A DNA stretch of 64,000 nt from Candidatus Micrarchaeota archaeon. Its GTDB lineage: Archaea > Micrarchaeota > Micrarchaeia > Micrarchaeales > CABMGC01. The notes under the pieces were generated by a model. It saw only the letters and a list, made by a program, of their open reading frames with translations, was not told where the DNA came from and made no database searches. Below are positions 9,465 to 19,558 of the stretch, one piece after another. Where the stretch lies: the NCBI GenBank assembly GCA_046536795.1, contig JAWDMB010000003.1, positions 35,645-99,644 on the forward strand, written 5' to 3'. The position numbers and the translations under genes are program-made. Each line of letters opens with the position of its first letter. Positions within the stretch are counted from its first letter, which is position 1.

Positions 9465-10188
9465 GGTAAAAGATCTTTATGCGGAGATAGAAGGAAAAGA
9501 GATCCTAAATGGGATAAATTTAAGTGTAAAGAGCGGAGAGCTTCATGTAATAATGGGCCCAAATGGAAGCGGCAAAACAACTCTTGCAAAGGCTATAATG
9601 GGGCTCTCAGGTATAAAAATTAAAAAAGGAGATATACTTGTTGATGGCAAGAGCATACTCGGGCTGAGAACGGATGAGCGCGCAAGGCTCGGCATCTTCT
9701 TGCAGTATCAAAACCCTGTAGAGATAGATGGTGTTTCATTTCTTTCATTCCTTAATAACGCAAAATCAGCACTAGGTGGAAGCGATATAAAAGAGCTTAT
9801 GCAAAGCGTAAAAGAAGGTATAAGTGAATTAGCGATGAGCGAAGAGGTAATAAAAAGGCCTGTAAATTTGGGCTTCTCAGGCGGCGAAAAGAAGAAAAGC
9901 GAAATTCTGCAGATGCTTGTGCTTAAGCCAAAGATTGCTATTCTTGATGAGCCAGACTCGGGGCTAGATGTAGATGCTGTAAGAATTATTGGAAAAGCCA
10001 TTAGCAAGAGTGTAAGCAATGGCATGGGGTGTATAGTTATAACACATTATACAAGGATATTAAGCTCTCTCGAATTTAAGAATGGAAGCGTGCATATACT
10101 AAGCAAGGGAAGGATTGTTGAGAGTGGCGGCAAAGAGCTCGCTGAGAAAATAGAGAAAGAGGGCTATGCGAGCTTTACTAAGGAATAA
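9454..10188 (+). CDS. sufC: Fe-S assembly ABC ATPase SufC
   Basis: [30 protein letters not shown]. Confidence 0.95.
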   Translation: MLLEVKDLYAEIEGKEILNGINLSVKSGELHVIMGPNGSGKTTLAKAIMGLSGIKIKKGDILVDGKSILGLRTDERARLGIFLQYQNPVEIDGVSFLSFLNNAKSALGGSDIKELMQSVKEGISELAMSEEVIKRPVNLGFSGGEKKKSEILQMLVLKPKIAILDEPDSGLDVDAVRIIGKAISKSVSNGMGCIVITHYTRILSSLEFKNGSVHILSKGRIVESGGKELAEKIEKEGYASFTKE

Positions 10189-11062
10189 GCTTTGTATTAT
10201 TAACCTTTGCTATATAGTTCCACATCTCATCAATATACGCTTGCATATTTGCAAGTTCTTCGTTGCTTAACCCGCTAAACCTCTCCTGAAGCTTTAGGTA
10301 TTCTTCCAAAGGCTTGCGCTTTGTCTTCTCAATATAAGGCTTGCTTATGCTAGAAAGCTTGAATACACCGTTTTCTATTTCATATAATGGCCATACGCCT
10401 GTTTCAACAGCAAGCTTGCCTATATTCATTGTTAAGCTTGCATCAAACTTCCATCCAGGAGGACATGGAGAAAGAAGGTGTATATACCTAAAGCCTTTCA
10501 TACTCTTAGCTTTAGCGAATTTTGCCTTGAAATCTGCAAGATAAGATATCGATGCTGTCGCAACATAAGGCACATTATGCATAGCGATTATGAAAGGCAG
10601 AGGTTTCTTAAATTCGTGTTTGTGCGATGGAGTAGTTGTAGTCCAAGCACCATATGGAGTTAAGCTAGATCTCTGTATACCAGTATTCATATATGCTTCA
10701 TTGTCATAGCAAACATAGGTCATGTCTTCATTCCTTTCTGCTGCTCCGCTTACTGTTGCAAAACCTATGTCACTTGTTGAGCCATCACCAGCCCAGACCA
10801 ATATGTTTGCATCATCTTTTCTAAACTTCATTGCGGCAGATAAGCCAGATGCAATAGAAGCAGCTGCCGCAAAAGGGCTATGAACAACAGTAACCGGCGA
10901 AGGCATACCTAGAACAGTATCACCCATTATTACTGTCGAGCATGAGGCGGGAACTACAACCACTGTCTTCTTTCCATAAACCTCAAGTATTGCATCTAAC
11001 TCTTTTGGTATCGGACAACCAGGACATGCTGCGTTTCCTTTAAGAAAGTTCATAAAACCCAC
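10178..11062 (-). CDS. porB: Pyruvate/2-oxoacid:ferredoxin oxidoreductase beta subunit (TPP-binding)
   Basis: ACPGC, GDG...[13 protein letters not shown] motifs. Confidence 0.92.
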   Translation of the reverse strand: MGFMNFLKGNAACPGCPIPKELDAILEVYGKKTVVVVPASCSTVIMGDTVLGMPSPVTVVHSPFAAAASIASGLSAAMKFRKDDANILVWAGDGSTSDIGFATVSGAAERNEDMTYVCYDNEAYMNTGIQRSSLTPYGAWTTTTPSHKHEFKKPLPFIIAMHNVPYVATASISYLADFKAKFAKAKSMKGFRYIHLLSPCPPGWKFDASLTMNIGKLAVETGVWPLYEIENGVFKLSSISKPYIEKTKRKPLEEYLKLQERFSGLSNEELANMQAYIDEMWNYIAKVNNTKLIP

Positions 11063-12186
11063 ACCTCATTCTCAAGCTTACCGCTAAGGAGCTTTTCAAC
11101 AACCCCTATAATCTCATTTTTTCCAAACTCCTTACCACCTATGCCTCCTATAACACTATATACAGGTATATTGGTATTATACAGAGAGGCCTTCACCTCC
11201 GTCGCTAATACGCCGCCAAATCCATAAGAATATGCTCTATCAAGCACAATAAGCGCCTTCCTATCTTTAACCTGCATAAGCTTTTCTTTTGGGAAAGGTC
11301 TTACAACCCTGAGCTTTGCGAGCCCTATACTAATACCCTTGCTCCTTAGCTCATCTACAGCCACTCTTGCATCGCCAGCCCATGCACCCATCGCCACTAT
11401 TACATATTCTGCATCATCACACTTGTAGAATTCTACAAGCCCATGCTGCTCCCTGCCACTAAGCTTAGAATACTCTTTAGAGACCTCTTCTATAACCTCT
11501 TTTGAACGCTCCATCGCCTGCATTGCCTTATATCTATATTTTATGTAATTATCCTGTGTTGCTATCGCACCTATACCTATTGGCTTATCAAAGTCTATAA
11601 TGTTAAAATCACGCTCTGGTATAAAAGAGTCTACAACCGCATCGTCTAAGGTGCTAAGCCTTTCCATCGTGTGCGTTAGTACAAATCCATCAAAGCCCAT
11701 CATCACAGGCAGTATTACGCGCTTGTCCTCTGAAATCTTAAAAGCTTGCAAAGTCATGTCGTAAGCATCTTGCACATTTTCTGCCATCATCTGGATCCAT
11801 ATTGCATCTCTCTTGCTCACAAAATCCTGGTGGTCATCCCATATTGACCAAGGCGAACCAACAGCCCTTGTTGCTATGCCAGCAACGATCGGCACTCTTT
11901 GCCCACCAGCCCAATAAATTACTTCTGTCATATATAGTAAGCCTTGCGATGATGTTGCGGTAAACACCCTTGCCCCAGCTAGTGCGGCACCATATATAGA
12001 AGCCATAGCAGAGTGTTCGCTCTCAACCTTTATAAGCTTGGCATTAAGCTCGCCTGAAGCAGCATAACTAGCAAGCTTCTCCAACATTGTGGTTTGTGGC
12101 GTTATAGGATAAACAGCAAGAACCTGCGGCTTTGCCTGCTTAACAGCATATGCCACAGCATGATTTCCAACCATAGCTGTAATCAC
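11050..12186 (-). CDS. porA: Pyruvate/2-oxoacid:ferredoxin oxidoreductase alpha subunit
   Basis: [22 protein letters not shown] motifs. Confidence 0.93.
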   Translation of the reverse strand: MITAMVGNHAVAYAVKQAKPQVLAVYPITPQTTMLEKLASYAASGELNAKLIKVESEHSAMASIYGAALAGARVFTATSSQGLLYMTEVIYWAGGQRVPIVAGIATRAVGSPWSIWDDHQDFVSKRDAIWIQMMAENVQDAYDMTLQAFKISEDKRVILPVMMGFDGFVLTHTMERLSTLDDAVVDSFIPERDFNIIDFDKPIGIGAIATQDNYIKYRYKAMQAMERSKEVIEEVSKEYSKLSGREQHGLVEFYKCDDAEYVIVAMGAWAGDARVAVDELRSKGISIGLAKLRVVRPFPKEKLMQVKDRKALIVLDRAYSYGFGGVLATEVKASLYNTNIPVYSVIGGIGGKEFGKNEIIGVVEKLLSGKLENEVWVL

Positions 12187-12461
12187 ATTTTCACCTCTGT
12201 AACCATCTTAATTGCCTTCACAGGGCACACGGTTGAGCACACACCGCAACCCTTACAATAATTATAGTCTATCGCAGGATAGCCATCGCTTCTTTTCTCT
12301 ATAGTGTTTTCAACGCACTCCAATATACATATATCACACTTCTTGCATGCATCTAAATCTATCACAGGCTTCTCTACACGCCATGTGCCTGTCTTACCAG
12401 CAGAGCCTATGCTGGGCTTTGAGACTGGTATCTCTTCAGCAAGCTCATCTATATTAGTCAA
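12183..12461 (-). CDS. porD: Oxidoreductase delta subunit (2x[4Fe-4S])
   Basis: [17 protein letters not shown] and [12 protein letters not shown] ferredoxin motifs. Confidence 0.93.
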   Translation of the reverse strand: MTNIDELAEEIPVSKPSIGSAGKTGTWRVEKPVIDLDACKKCDICILECVENTIEKRSDGYPAIDYNYCKGCGVCSTVCPVKAIKMVTEVKM

Positions 12462-12993
12462 GCTTCTTCACCCCGTTTGCACCAAGCTCTATTGCTTTTG
12501 CATTAAGTTCGCCTCTGCGACCAAACTGCTCTATTGCTATTGCTTCTAAATCTTCTACATTTACAATACCAGAGATCTTTGCAAGTGCACCCATAAGAGG
12601 TGTATTTACCAAAGGCCAACCAGCAATAACCAAACCGAGTGACTTTGCTATGCTTGTCGCATCAACATAATAAGTATTTTGTACAATCTTTTTTGGATTT
12701 GGTGAATTAATAAGAAGAGAGCCACTATCCTTTAAGATGTGCAAATCAACAACATCCAAGAGAGAGACATCGAATATCACCATTATATCAGCATTCTTTA
12801 TGCTCTCATGAGTATAAATTGGTGAATCAGATATTCTAACTCCAGACCTAACTGGCGCCCCTCTTCTCTCGCCACCGAAGAACGGAATAGACTGCGCATA
12901 TATGCCTTGTTTAACCGCGCCTTTTACTAGTAGTTCCCCTGCAGCAACTACACCCTGGCCGCCTCTACCATGAAGTGATATCTCTATCACCAA
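12454..12993 (-). CDS. porC: Oxidoreductase gamma subunit
   Basis: HGRGGQGVV and FGGERRGAPV motifs; first gene of the porCDAB operon. Confidence 0.92.
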   Translation of the reverse strand: MVIEISLHGRGGQGVVAAGELLVKGAVKQGIYAQSIPFFGGERRGAPVRSGVRISDSPIYTHESIKNADIMVIFDVSLLDVVDLHILKDSGSLLINSPNPKKIVQNTYYVDATSIAKSLGLVIAGWPLVNTPLMGALAKISGIVNVEDLEAIAIEQFGRRGELNAKAIELGANGVKKLD

Positions 12994-13154
12994 ACCACAA
13001 TACTTATCTACACAAAATAATATTTATAGTTATCTATAATTTTATTGCCCTAGAAGGTATGAAAGAAGGTATGAAAGAAAAATAAGGAATTAGTTCTTAA
13101 AAACCTTTACGTAACTACAAAAATAACTAAAACTCTAAATTTTCAAACTATATA

Positions 13155-13460
13155 TTAATCGTCCCTCTTAATAAATACGTCCAATGGGATCGGGTGCCTC
13201 TTTTTAACTTCGAAATCCCAATCATTTGACTCAAAATTAATTCGTTCACCATGAAGTAATATTTTAAACTTTCCGCTAAGAAGTATGTCTTCGCCATCTC
13301 TTTTGTTTTTGATTGCTTTAATTATATCCTTCACTTTTTCACTATTAGTATATATAACAACATGGTAATGCTCATCTGAACCTTGTGGAATATTTGTTAT
13401 CAGCATAACCCTTTCTTCGTATTGCTTGTAGCCTATAATTTTCATATTTTTAATTTCCAT
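13155..13460 (-). CDS. Hypothetical protein
   Basis: 101-aa ORF in an AT-rich stretch; the frame stays open about 100 nt further upstream without an ATG. Confidence 0.5.
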   Translation of the reverse strand: MEIKNMKIIGYKQYEERVMLITNIPQGSDEHYHVVIYTNSEKVKDIIKAIKNKRDGEDILLSGKFKILLHGERINFESNDWDFEVKKRHPIPLDVFIKRDD

Positions 13461-13676
13461 TGTATCTATGCCAGAGCTTTTTAGCTTTTTGGCCGTTTCT
13501 ATTAGAATATCATAAACACTCTTTTCTATTTTTTCCGAAGGTATCGTTTTCTCTATGATTGAATTTTATTTTTTCTTATTTAAATATTTACCTGATTTTG
13601 TTCAGAAAAATTTAATTTATAAAGCAAACAGTATATAAAATAAAAGGCAATTAGATAATGTATCTCTGAGGATTAC

Positions 13677-14345
13677 ATGGATTTAAATAAATTCTTCTCA
13701 AAGATAGCGCCAAAGTATGACAAACTAATTGAAATGCTCAGTATGGGTTTGGATAAAGAAATAATAAAAGAGGCTGTAAAAGAAACAGAGATAGGCAAAG
13801 GCAAGAAAAGTATTCTTGACGTCGCTACAGGCACAGGACGCATAGCATATGCAATAGCAAGGTCTCACACCAATTACAAAGTAGTTGGAATAGATATAAA
13901 CAATGATATGCTGAGCGAAGCGATTAAAAAGAGCAAAGGACTTCCAAACTTAAGCTACATGCTTGGCGATGTTGAACTTCTGAATTTTGAGAATAACTCG
14001 TTTGATGCTGTCGTCACAGCCTTTTCACTTAGTGTCTTTAACAATTTAGATAATGCGATTAGCGAGATGCACAGAGTGCTCAAGCCTGGTGGAAAGCTTA
14101 TTCTTCTAGACATGCTCAAACCAAAGGATAGCGTGCTTAAGAAATTAACACAGCTTTACTACTCTGTAAATATAATTCCTGCACTTGATGCCAAGCTTAA
14201 GCATGATGTTGAAGTTTATATAAGGCGCGGCTTTAGCATAGATAAAGATTATATTATCAGGCTTATACAGCAGCATGGATTTAAAGATATAAAAGAAAGA
14301 GATCTTTCTGGAGGCCTAGCTTTTGTGGTAGTAGCAAAAAAGTAG
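13677..14345 (+). CDS. Class I SAM methyltransferase (UbiE/MenG-like)
   Basis: FFSKIAPKYD, ILDVATGTG, FDAV, RVLKPGG motifs. Confidence 0.88.
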   Translation: MDLNKFFSKIAPKYDKLIEMLSMGLDKEIIKEAVKETEIGKGKKSILDVATGTGRIAYAIARSHTNYKVVGIDINNDMLSEAIKKSKGLPNLSYMLGDVELLNFENNSFDAVVTAFSLSVFNNLDNAISEMHRVLKPGGKLILLDMLKPKDSVLKKLTQLYYSVNIIPALDAKLKHDVEVYIRRGFSIDKDYIIRLIQQHGFKDIKERDLSGGLAFVVVAKK

Positions 14346-15173
14346 CTACGCAAAGATTATGCTTGCATATGCAACAACCGATGAATAATCGTTATTTGCA
14401 TCCCCCGAATTTGCATATTTTAAGAGATGGCCTGACTTCGCTCCTTTTTCCTTTGCAAAAATTGTGGCTACAGTTATGGGGCCAAAGCCGCATGCGGTAT
14501 CGCCGCTTTGTTCTAGCCTTTTATTAAATTCAAGATAGTCTAATTTAAGCAATGCCTCGATTGCGGGCATATCCTTCCTTTTCGCTACTTCGGCACTTTC
14601 GTAGTGATTGAAATCCGAGCTTGCTATAACAGCCACTTCTCTGCCTAATTCTTTGCTTGCCTCCAATATTGCTTCTGCAAGCTCTCTGCTTGCATCTATG
14701 CTCTGATCTCCCATGCAGACAAACACACACTTTGGATTTTCTACAACTTTTTGAAGGAATGGCAATTGAACCTCAATTGAATGCTCATTTACATGCGCTG
14801 ATTCATCAAGATTTATGTAGTCTGATTTCTCAGCGATCAGTTTTGAAAGCTGCAAATCATTTTTTACAATGCCAAATGGCATATGCCAGTCCTCTGCAGA
14901 TATAGAGATAGGTGTACCAAAACCTGTGTGGTTAGGACCTATAATTATGAAAGTGTCTATTTTTCTTGCACTCACCATTATCTCAATAGCCTTATATGTA
15001 TAAGCGGCAACACGACCTGAGTAAATGTAGCCGGCATGAGGGGCTACAAATGAGAGTGCGTGCTCAGCAATACCTTTATCAACATTAGCTTCCTGCAACG
15101 CTTTATCTATAAACTGCCCAAGCTCTTTCTTGTCAAATGTATAGAAAGATCCAGCAAACGCTTCGTAGCGCAT
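14346..15173 (-). CDS. MEMO1 family protein (AmmeMemoRadiSam protein B)
   Basis: AGSFY, PHAGYIYSG, GPNH, EHSIEVQLPFLQ, SSDFNHY, CGFGP motifs. Confidence 0.93.
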   Translation of the reverse strand: MRYEAFAGSFYTFDKKELGQFIDKALQEANVDKGIAEHALSFVAPHAGYIYSGRVAAYTYKAIEIMVSARKIDTFIIIGPNHTGFGTPISISAEDWHMPFGIVKNDLQLSKLIAEKSDYINLDESAHVNEHSIEVQLPFLQKVVENPKCVFVCMGDQSIDASRELAEAILEASKELGREVAVIASSDFNHYESAEVAKRKDMPAIEALLKLDYLEFNKRLEQSGDTACGFGPITVATIFAKEKGAKSGHLLKYANSGDANNDYSSVVAYASIIFA

Positions 15174-15190
15174 CGTATCACAATAAAAAT

Positions 15191-15895
15191 ATGCAACATA
15201 AAAATAAATATATGCAAGCTAGAGCCGAGAAAAAGGCAAGGAGTAATGCTAATACAGAATATGCAAAGAAGGTTTTAGACAAGCTCATTGAACACTATGG
15301 CGAGCAGCATACTGCACTTATCTACAAAAATCCAATGCAGCTCTTTGTCGCTGTATTGCTTTCACCGCAGAATTCTGATGCCCAGGTTAACAGAGTTACA
15401 AAAAATCTTTTTGATAAATATAAAAGCTTTGAAGATATTGCGAATGCTAAGATAAAAGAGCTAGAAAAAGATTTGTCGAGCCTTAACTTCTACAAAACAA
15501 AAGCGAAGCACCTCAAAGAAAGTGCAAAGATAATGATTGAAAGATATAATGGCAAAGTTCCAAAAAGTATTAATGAGCTCATAATTCTTCCAGGAGTAGG
15601 TAGGAAGGTTGCAAACGTTGTTCTAAACGAGCTCTACAATATAAATGAAGGTATAGCTGTTGATACCCATTGCATTACAGTAGCGAATAGGTTGGGATTT
15701 GCAAAAAGCAAAAAAGCAGAAGTTGTTGAAAAAGAGCTAATGAAAAAAATACCTAAGAAGTACTGGGGACTTGTTTCAAACCTCTTTATTGCGCTTGGGC
15801 GCGATACGTGTAAGGCAAGAAATAAAGAATGCTATAGGTGCGTACTAAAAGATATATGCCCTAGCAGCACCGAAAAAGAAAAGAAAAAAGATTAA
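15191..15895 (+). CDS. nth: Endonuclease III
   Basis: HhH motif LPGVGRKVA, AVDTH, C-terminal CKARNKECYRCVLKDICP 4Fe-4S motif; start uncertain (15191 or 15212). Confidence 0.93.
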   Translation: MQHKNKYMQARAEKKARSNANTEYAKKVLDKLIEHYGEQHTALIYKNPMQLFVAVLLSPQNSDAQVNRVTKNLFDKYKSFEDIANAKIKELEKDLSSLNFYKTKAKHLKESAKIMIERYNGKVPKSINELIILPGVGRKVANVVLNELYNINEGIAVDTHCITVANRLGFAKSKKAEVVEKELMKKIPKKYWGLVSNLFIALGRDTCKARNKECYRCVLKDICPSSTEKEKKKD

Positions 15896-18165
15896 GAGCA
15901 TTTGCTATAGCCGCATACCGGACATGTCGCGCATCCCTCGCCTACTATCATAAGCGCACCGCATTCTGGGCATCTCTCACCTCCTGTATACTCCTCTAAC
16001 TGGAAGCCCTGCGCCTCTACTTTTATCTCTTCTAGAGTTTTGCTTGTAATCTCTTCTTTCTCCTTGTGCAGCTTTGCTACATCTTCTAATTTTCTTTGAT
16101 TAGTGTCAACAGTTGTAAGAACTTGCCTGCTCTTGCTCTTATCTCTATATATTGTTATGCCCTTGCAACCGAGCTTGTATGCAAGCATATAAGCCTCTTC
16201 TACATCCTGCGGTGTTGCGTAGCTTGGCATGTTTATTGTCTTTGATACGGCGTTATCAACATATTTCTGGAACGCAGCTTGCATTTTCACATGCCACTCA
16301 GGCGAGACATCAAAAGCTGTTACAAATAGCCTTCTAATCTCCTTAGGTATTTCTTCTACGTCTTGTATAGAGGTTCTCCCAGCAAGCTTCTTCATGAGGG
16401 CATCGCTATAGAAACCATATTTTAATGCAAACTCCTCGAACACGTTGTTTACCTCTATAAGGTCTGTACCTATGCTTGAGCTAACGTTTCTTTTGTATAC
16501 TACAGCGAAGAGCGGCTCTATGCTTGGTGATGCGCCACCAGCTATTATGCTTATAGTACCTGTAGGGGCTATGGTTGTTACTGTAGAGTTTCTTAGAGGC
16601 TTGTAGCCGAATTTATACCATATACTGTTTTCCCACTCAGGGAATGGACCTCTTACCTTAGCAAGCTCAGCGCTCTCCTCCCTAGCTTCGTCTCTTATGA
16701 ACTTCATAACCTTTTCAGCGAGATATAGTGCTTCGTTTGAATCATATGGTATACCGAGCTTTATGAGCATGTCAGCCCAACCCATAACGCCAAGACCAAC
16801 ACGCCTTATTGCTCTAGTTACCTGTTCTATCTGTGGCAGAGGAAAGTTGTTTGCATCAATCACATCATCTAGGAACCTTATCGCAAGTCTTGTTGTATAT
16901 CTCAACTTATCCCAGTCGATCTCGTACTTTCCGTTTTTCTCTTTCAGCATGCGTGATAGGTTTATTGAACCAAGATTGCACGAATCAAAAGGATAAAGTG
17001 GCTGTTCTCCGCACGGATTGGTAGATTCTATAGGACCATACTTCGGAACCGGATTTGAGTATGTTGAATTCATCCTATCTATAAATATAACTCCCGGATC
17101 CCCTGTTCTCCATGCCATTGTAGTCATTAGATTCCAAACCACTCTTGCACTTAGCTTTCCAACTTCTTTGTTGTTCCTTGGATTTATTAGGCTATATTCC
17201 TCACCACGCTGCAATGCATCCATAAATGCATCTGTAACAGCAACGCTTATATTGAAGTTTTCTAAAACACCTTCTTTTTCCTTAGCTACTATAAAATTGA
17301 GTATGTCTGGGTGGTCAACTCTAAGTACACCCATGTTTGCGCCCCTTCTTTTGCCACCCTGCTTTATTTGCTCTGTTGCTGCATCGAAGACCTTCATGAA
17401 AGATATCGGACCAGAGGCAACACCGCCTGTGCTTCTTACTATATCGCCACTAGGCCTGAGCCTCGAAAAAGAAAAGCCTGTACCACCACCAGATTGGTGG
17501 ACAAGCGCAGCCCACTTGACGGCATCAAATATCTCTGCTATTGAATCCCCAACAGGCAATACGAAACATGCACTTAGCTGGCCAAGCCTAGTACCTGCAT
17601 TCATCAATGTAGGGCTGTTCGGCATAAATTCAAATCTAGTCATAACATTGTAGTACTCGTTTGCAAGCTTTGCTATCTCTTCCTCGCTCACACCGTATCT
17701 AGATTCTACGCCAGCTATGGTGTTGGCAACCCTTGTGAAGAGCTGCTTTGGTGTCTCTATAATCTTGCCTTCTTCATTTTTTAGCAGATACCTAGCAGCA
17801 AGCACAACGAGAGAATTCAAAGGAAGCTTAAGATCATCGACTACACCAAGTGAAGCTTTATAAGCCCTTATCTCTGCATGCTTGTTTCTATATATAATGT
17901 ATGCCTTAGCTGTCTTCTGGTCGACGCTCATGAGCACCTGCTCTACAATGTCTTGTATCTCCTCCACATGCACCTTCTCTTTTCCAAGCTCCACAAGCTT
18001 CTGCACAACAAGATTTGCATACTCGCTTGCCTTACTCATTAACTCCTCATCGCTCATGCTGCCATCGTATACTTCCCTCATAGCCTTGCTTATTGCTATT
18101 GCTATCTTCTGCTTGTCGAAAGGAACAACAGATCCATCCCTCTTAACAACTTCTTTCACCTCCAT
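15892..18165 (-). CDS. nrdJ: Class II (AdoCbl-dependent) ribonucleotide reductase with N-terminal ATP cone
   Basis: ATP cone (VVKRDGSVVPFDKQKI), PNSPTLMNAG, SACFV, TNPCGEQP, RRVGLGVMG, TIAPTGTIS, C-terminal CPECG...CGYSKC. Confidence 0.95.
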   Translation of the reverse strand: MEVKEVVKRDGSVVPFDKQKIAIAISKAMREVYDGSMSDEELMSKASEYANLVVQKLVELGKEKVHVEEIQDIVEQVLMSVDQKTAKAYIIYRNKHAEIRAYKASLGVVDDLKLPLNSLVVLAARYLLKNEEGKIIETPKQLFTRVANTIAGVESRYGVSEEEIAKLANEYYNVMTRFEFMPNSPTLMNAGTRLGQLSACFVLPVGDSIAEIFDAVKWAALVHQSGGGTGFSFSRLRPSGDIVRSTGGVASGPISFMKVFDAATEQIKQGGKRRGANMGVLRVDHPDILNFIVAKEKEGVLENFNISVAVTDAFMDALQRGEEYSLINPRNNKEVGKLSARVVWNLMTTMAWRTGDPGVIFIDRMNSTYSNPVPKYGPIESTNPCGEQPLYPFDSCNLGSINLSRMLKEKNGKYEIDWDKLRYTTRLAIRFLDDVIDANNFPLPQIEQVTRAIRRVGLGVMGWADMLIKLGIPYDSNEALYLAEKVMKFIRDEAREESAELAKVRGPFPEWENSIWYKFGYKPLRNSTVTTIAPTGTISIIAGGASPSIEPLFAVVYKRNVSSSIGTDLIEVNNVFEEFALKYGFYSDALMKKLAGRTSIQDVEEIPKEIRRLFVTAFDVSPEWHVKMQAAFQKYVDNAVSKTINMPSYATPQDVEEAYMLAYKLGCKGITIYRDKSKSRQVLTTVDTNQRKLEDVAKLHKEKEEITSKTLEEIKVEAQGFQLEEYTGGERCPECGALMIVGEGCATCPVCGYSKCS

Positions 18166-18173
18166 AAAAACAC

Positions 18174-18635
18174 CTAAGCATTCCTCTTATTCTTAAGCAT
18201 CATCGCAATCTTTCTAAACTGGTCTGGCGAGTCAAAATTGTTGTATACACTTGCAAACCTAATGTAAGCTACCGGATCAAGTTTGTAAAGTTCACTCATC
18301 ACCATCTCACCTATCTTTCTGCTTGTTACCTCCTTCTTGTTTTGCGATATAAGCTTTCTCTCTATCTTCTCAGCGATCTCTTCCATTCTCTCTCTGCTTA
18401 TAGGCCTCTTTTCGCACGCCTTCATAATGCCATTAAGCACCTTGTTTCTATCAAATGGCTCCCTGTTGCCATTTTTCTTTATCACTGTTATCTGCATTGT
18501 ATAAACGCGCTCATAGGTTGTAAACCTTCTTTTGCATGCATCGCAAACCCTTCTGCGCCTTATGCTGTTATCTGATGCAACAAACCTTGAATCTATCACA
18601 TGTGTTTTATTTGAACCGCAGTAAGGGCAGTGCAT
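18174..18635 (-). CDS. nrdR: Transcriptional repressor NrdR
   Basis: MHCPYCG...VIDSR...RRRRVCDACKRRFTTYER zinc ribbon plus ATP cone (VIKKNG.REPFDRNK) and DPVAYIRFASVY. Confidence 0.96.
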   Translation of the reverse strand: MHCPYCGSNKTHVIDSRFVASDNSIRRRRVCDACKRRFTTYERVYTMQITVIKKNGNREPFDRNKVLNGIMKACEKRPISRERMEEIAEKIERKLISQNKKEVTSRKIGEMVMSELYKLDPVAYIRFASVYNNFDSPDQFRKIAMMLKNKRNA

Positions 18636-18639
18636 ACCA

Positions 18640-18687
18640 TCACAACATATAGTATTTTAATCATACTAAAAATACAATATTTAGTAT
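18640..18687. promoter_or_regulatory. Two tandem NrdR boxes
   Basis: TCACAACATATAGTAT (18640-18655) and ATACAATATTTAGTAT (18672-18687) both fit the consensus acaCwAtATaTwGtgt; starts are 32 bp apart, directly upstream of nrdR. Confidence 0.82.
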
Positions 18688-18799
18688 ATTTATTTAAATA
18701 TCAATGCTTTCAAAAAGGAAAATGAGGTTAACTTTTTGTAGCATATTTATTTAAATATTAATCGCTTTCAAAAGGAAAACGAGATTATTTTTTGTAGCA
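18687..18799. repeat. Imperfect tandem duplication, 57 bp + 56 bp, each copy containing a TATA-like TATTTAAATA
   Basis: 18687-18743 tatttatttaaatatcaatgctttcaaaaaggaaaatgaggttaactttttgtagca versus 18744-18799 tatttatttaaatattaatcgctttcaaaaggaaaacgagattattttttgtagca. Confidence 0.88.
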
Positions 18800-18830
18800 G
18801 ACTTTACAAATGTTGAAAAAGGTAAAAAGA

Positions 18831-19556
18831 TTATTTTAAGAACTCAAAAATCTTCAGCTGCCTTATAAGCTTTAATGTCTTCCACTCAGATCTCACATGC
18901 TTTAACAGCCTTTCATTATCAAGATTCCTTCTTATCATATCTATCGTTGTTTTGTCAGACGGGTAACCAGAACCAAGATCAAAGCCAAGACTCTCTTCAA
19001 GTTCTTCTATTGCTCGATCCCTTGTTACCTTAGCTATTATACTGGCTGCAGACACAACAGGATATTTTACGTCAGCCTTATGCTCTGCTATTATCTTAGC
19101 CACAGCCGTAGCCGCACTGCCACTGCCATTCTTGCCTTTTCGCCTTACCCCATTAACCTTCAAAGGTTTTTTAGAGATAAGGCTAACCCTTATACCAAAC
19201 TTCTCTGGAATAACATCAGGCGAATCTAGATATATCTTTTTGGGATTGGCCTCGCTTTCATCGATAAGCCTTGCAAAGTGAATAGCTTCTAGTTCATTTA
19301 GTGAGATGTTGCTCCGCATAGCATTATTTATCTCTTCAGGCGTTATTGCATAGGTTCTTACATCTTCTGCAAGAGAATAAATATCGTCAAACAAAAATTC
19401 TCGCTTCTTCCTGCTCAGCATCTTTGAGTCCCTTACTCCTATCTCAGAAAGCTTCTTCACCTTGCCCTCATTTATACTAACAAGACTAACTACTAAAGGC
19501 CCTAAAACAGCTCCGCGGCCAGCCTCATCGCCGCCAGCTATTATAATAAAAACCAC
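18831..19556 (-). CDS. rnhB: Ribonuclease HII
   Basis: DEAGRGAVLGPLV, DSK, AEHKAD...VSAASIIAKV.RD, GSGYPSD motifs. Confidence 0.95.
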   Translation of the reverse strand: MVFIIIAGGDEAGRGAVLGPLVVSLVSINEGKVKKLSEIGVRDSKMLSRKKREFLFDDIYSLAEDVRTYAITPEEINNAMRSNISLNELEAIHFARLIDESEANPKKIYLDSPDVIPEKFGIRVSLISKKPLKVNGVRRKGKNGSGSAATAVAKIIAEHKADVKYPVVSAASIIAKVTRDRAIEELEESLGFDLGSGYPSDKTTIDMIRRNLDNERLLKHVRSEWKTLKLIRQLKIFEFLK

Positions 19557-19558
19557 CG

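Noticed and set aside
13052-13079. 12-bp tandem repeat AGAAGGTATGAA x2
   Set aside because: Only two copies plus a partial one in AT-rich intergenic DNA; likely slippage with no functional evidence.
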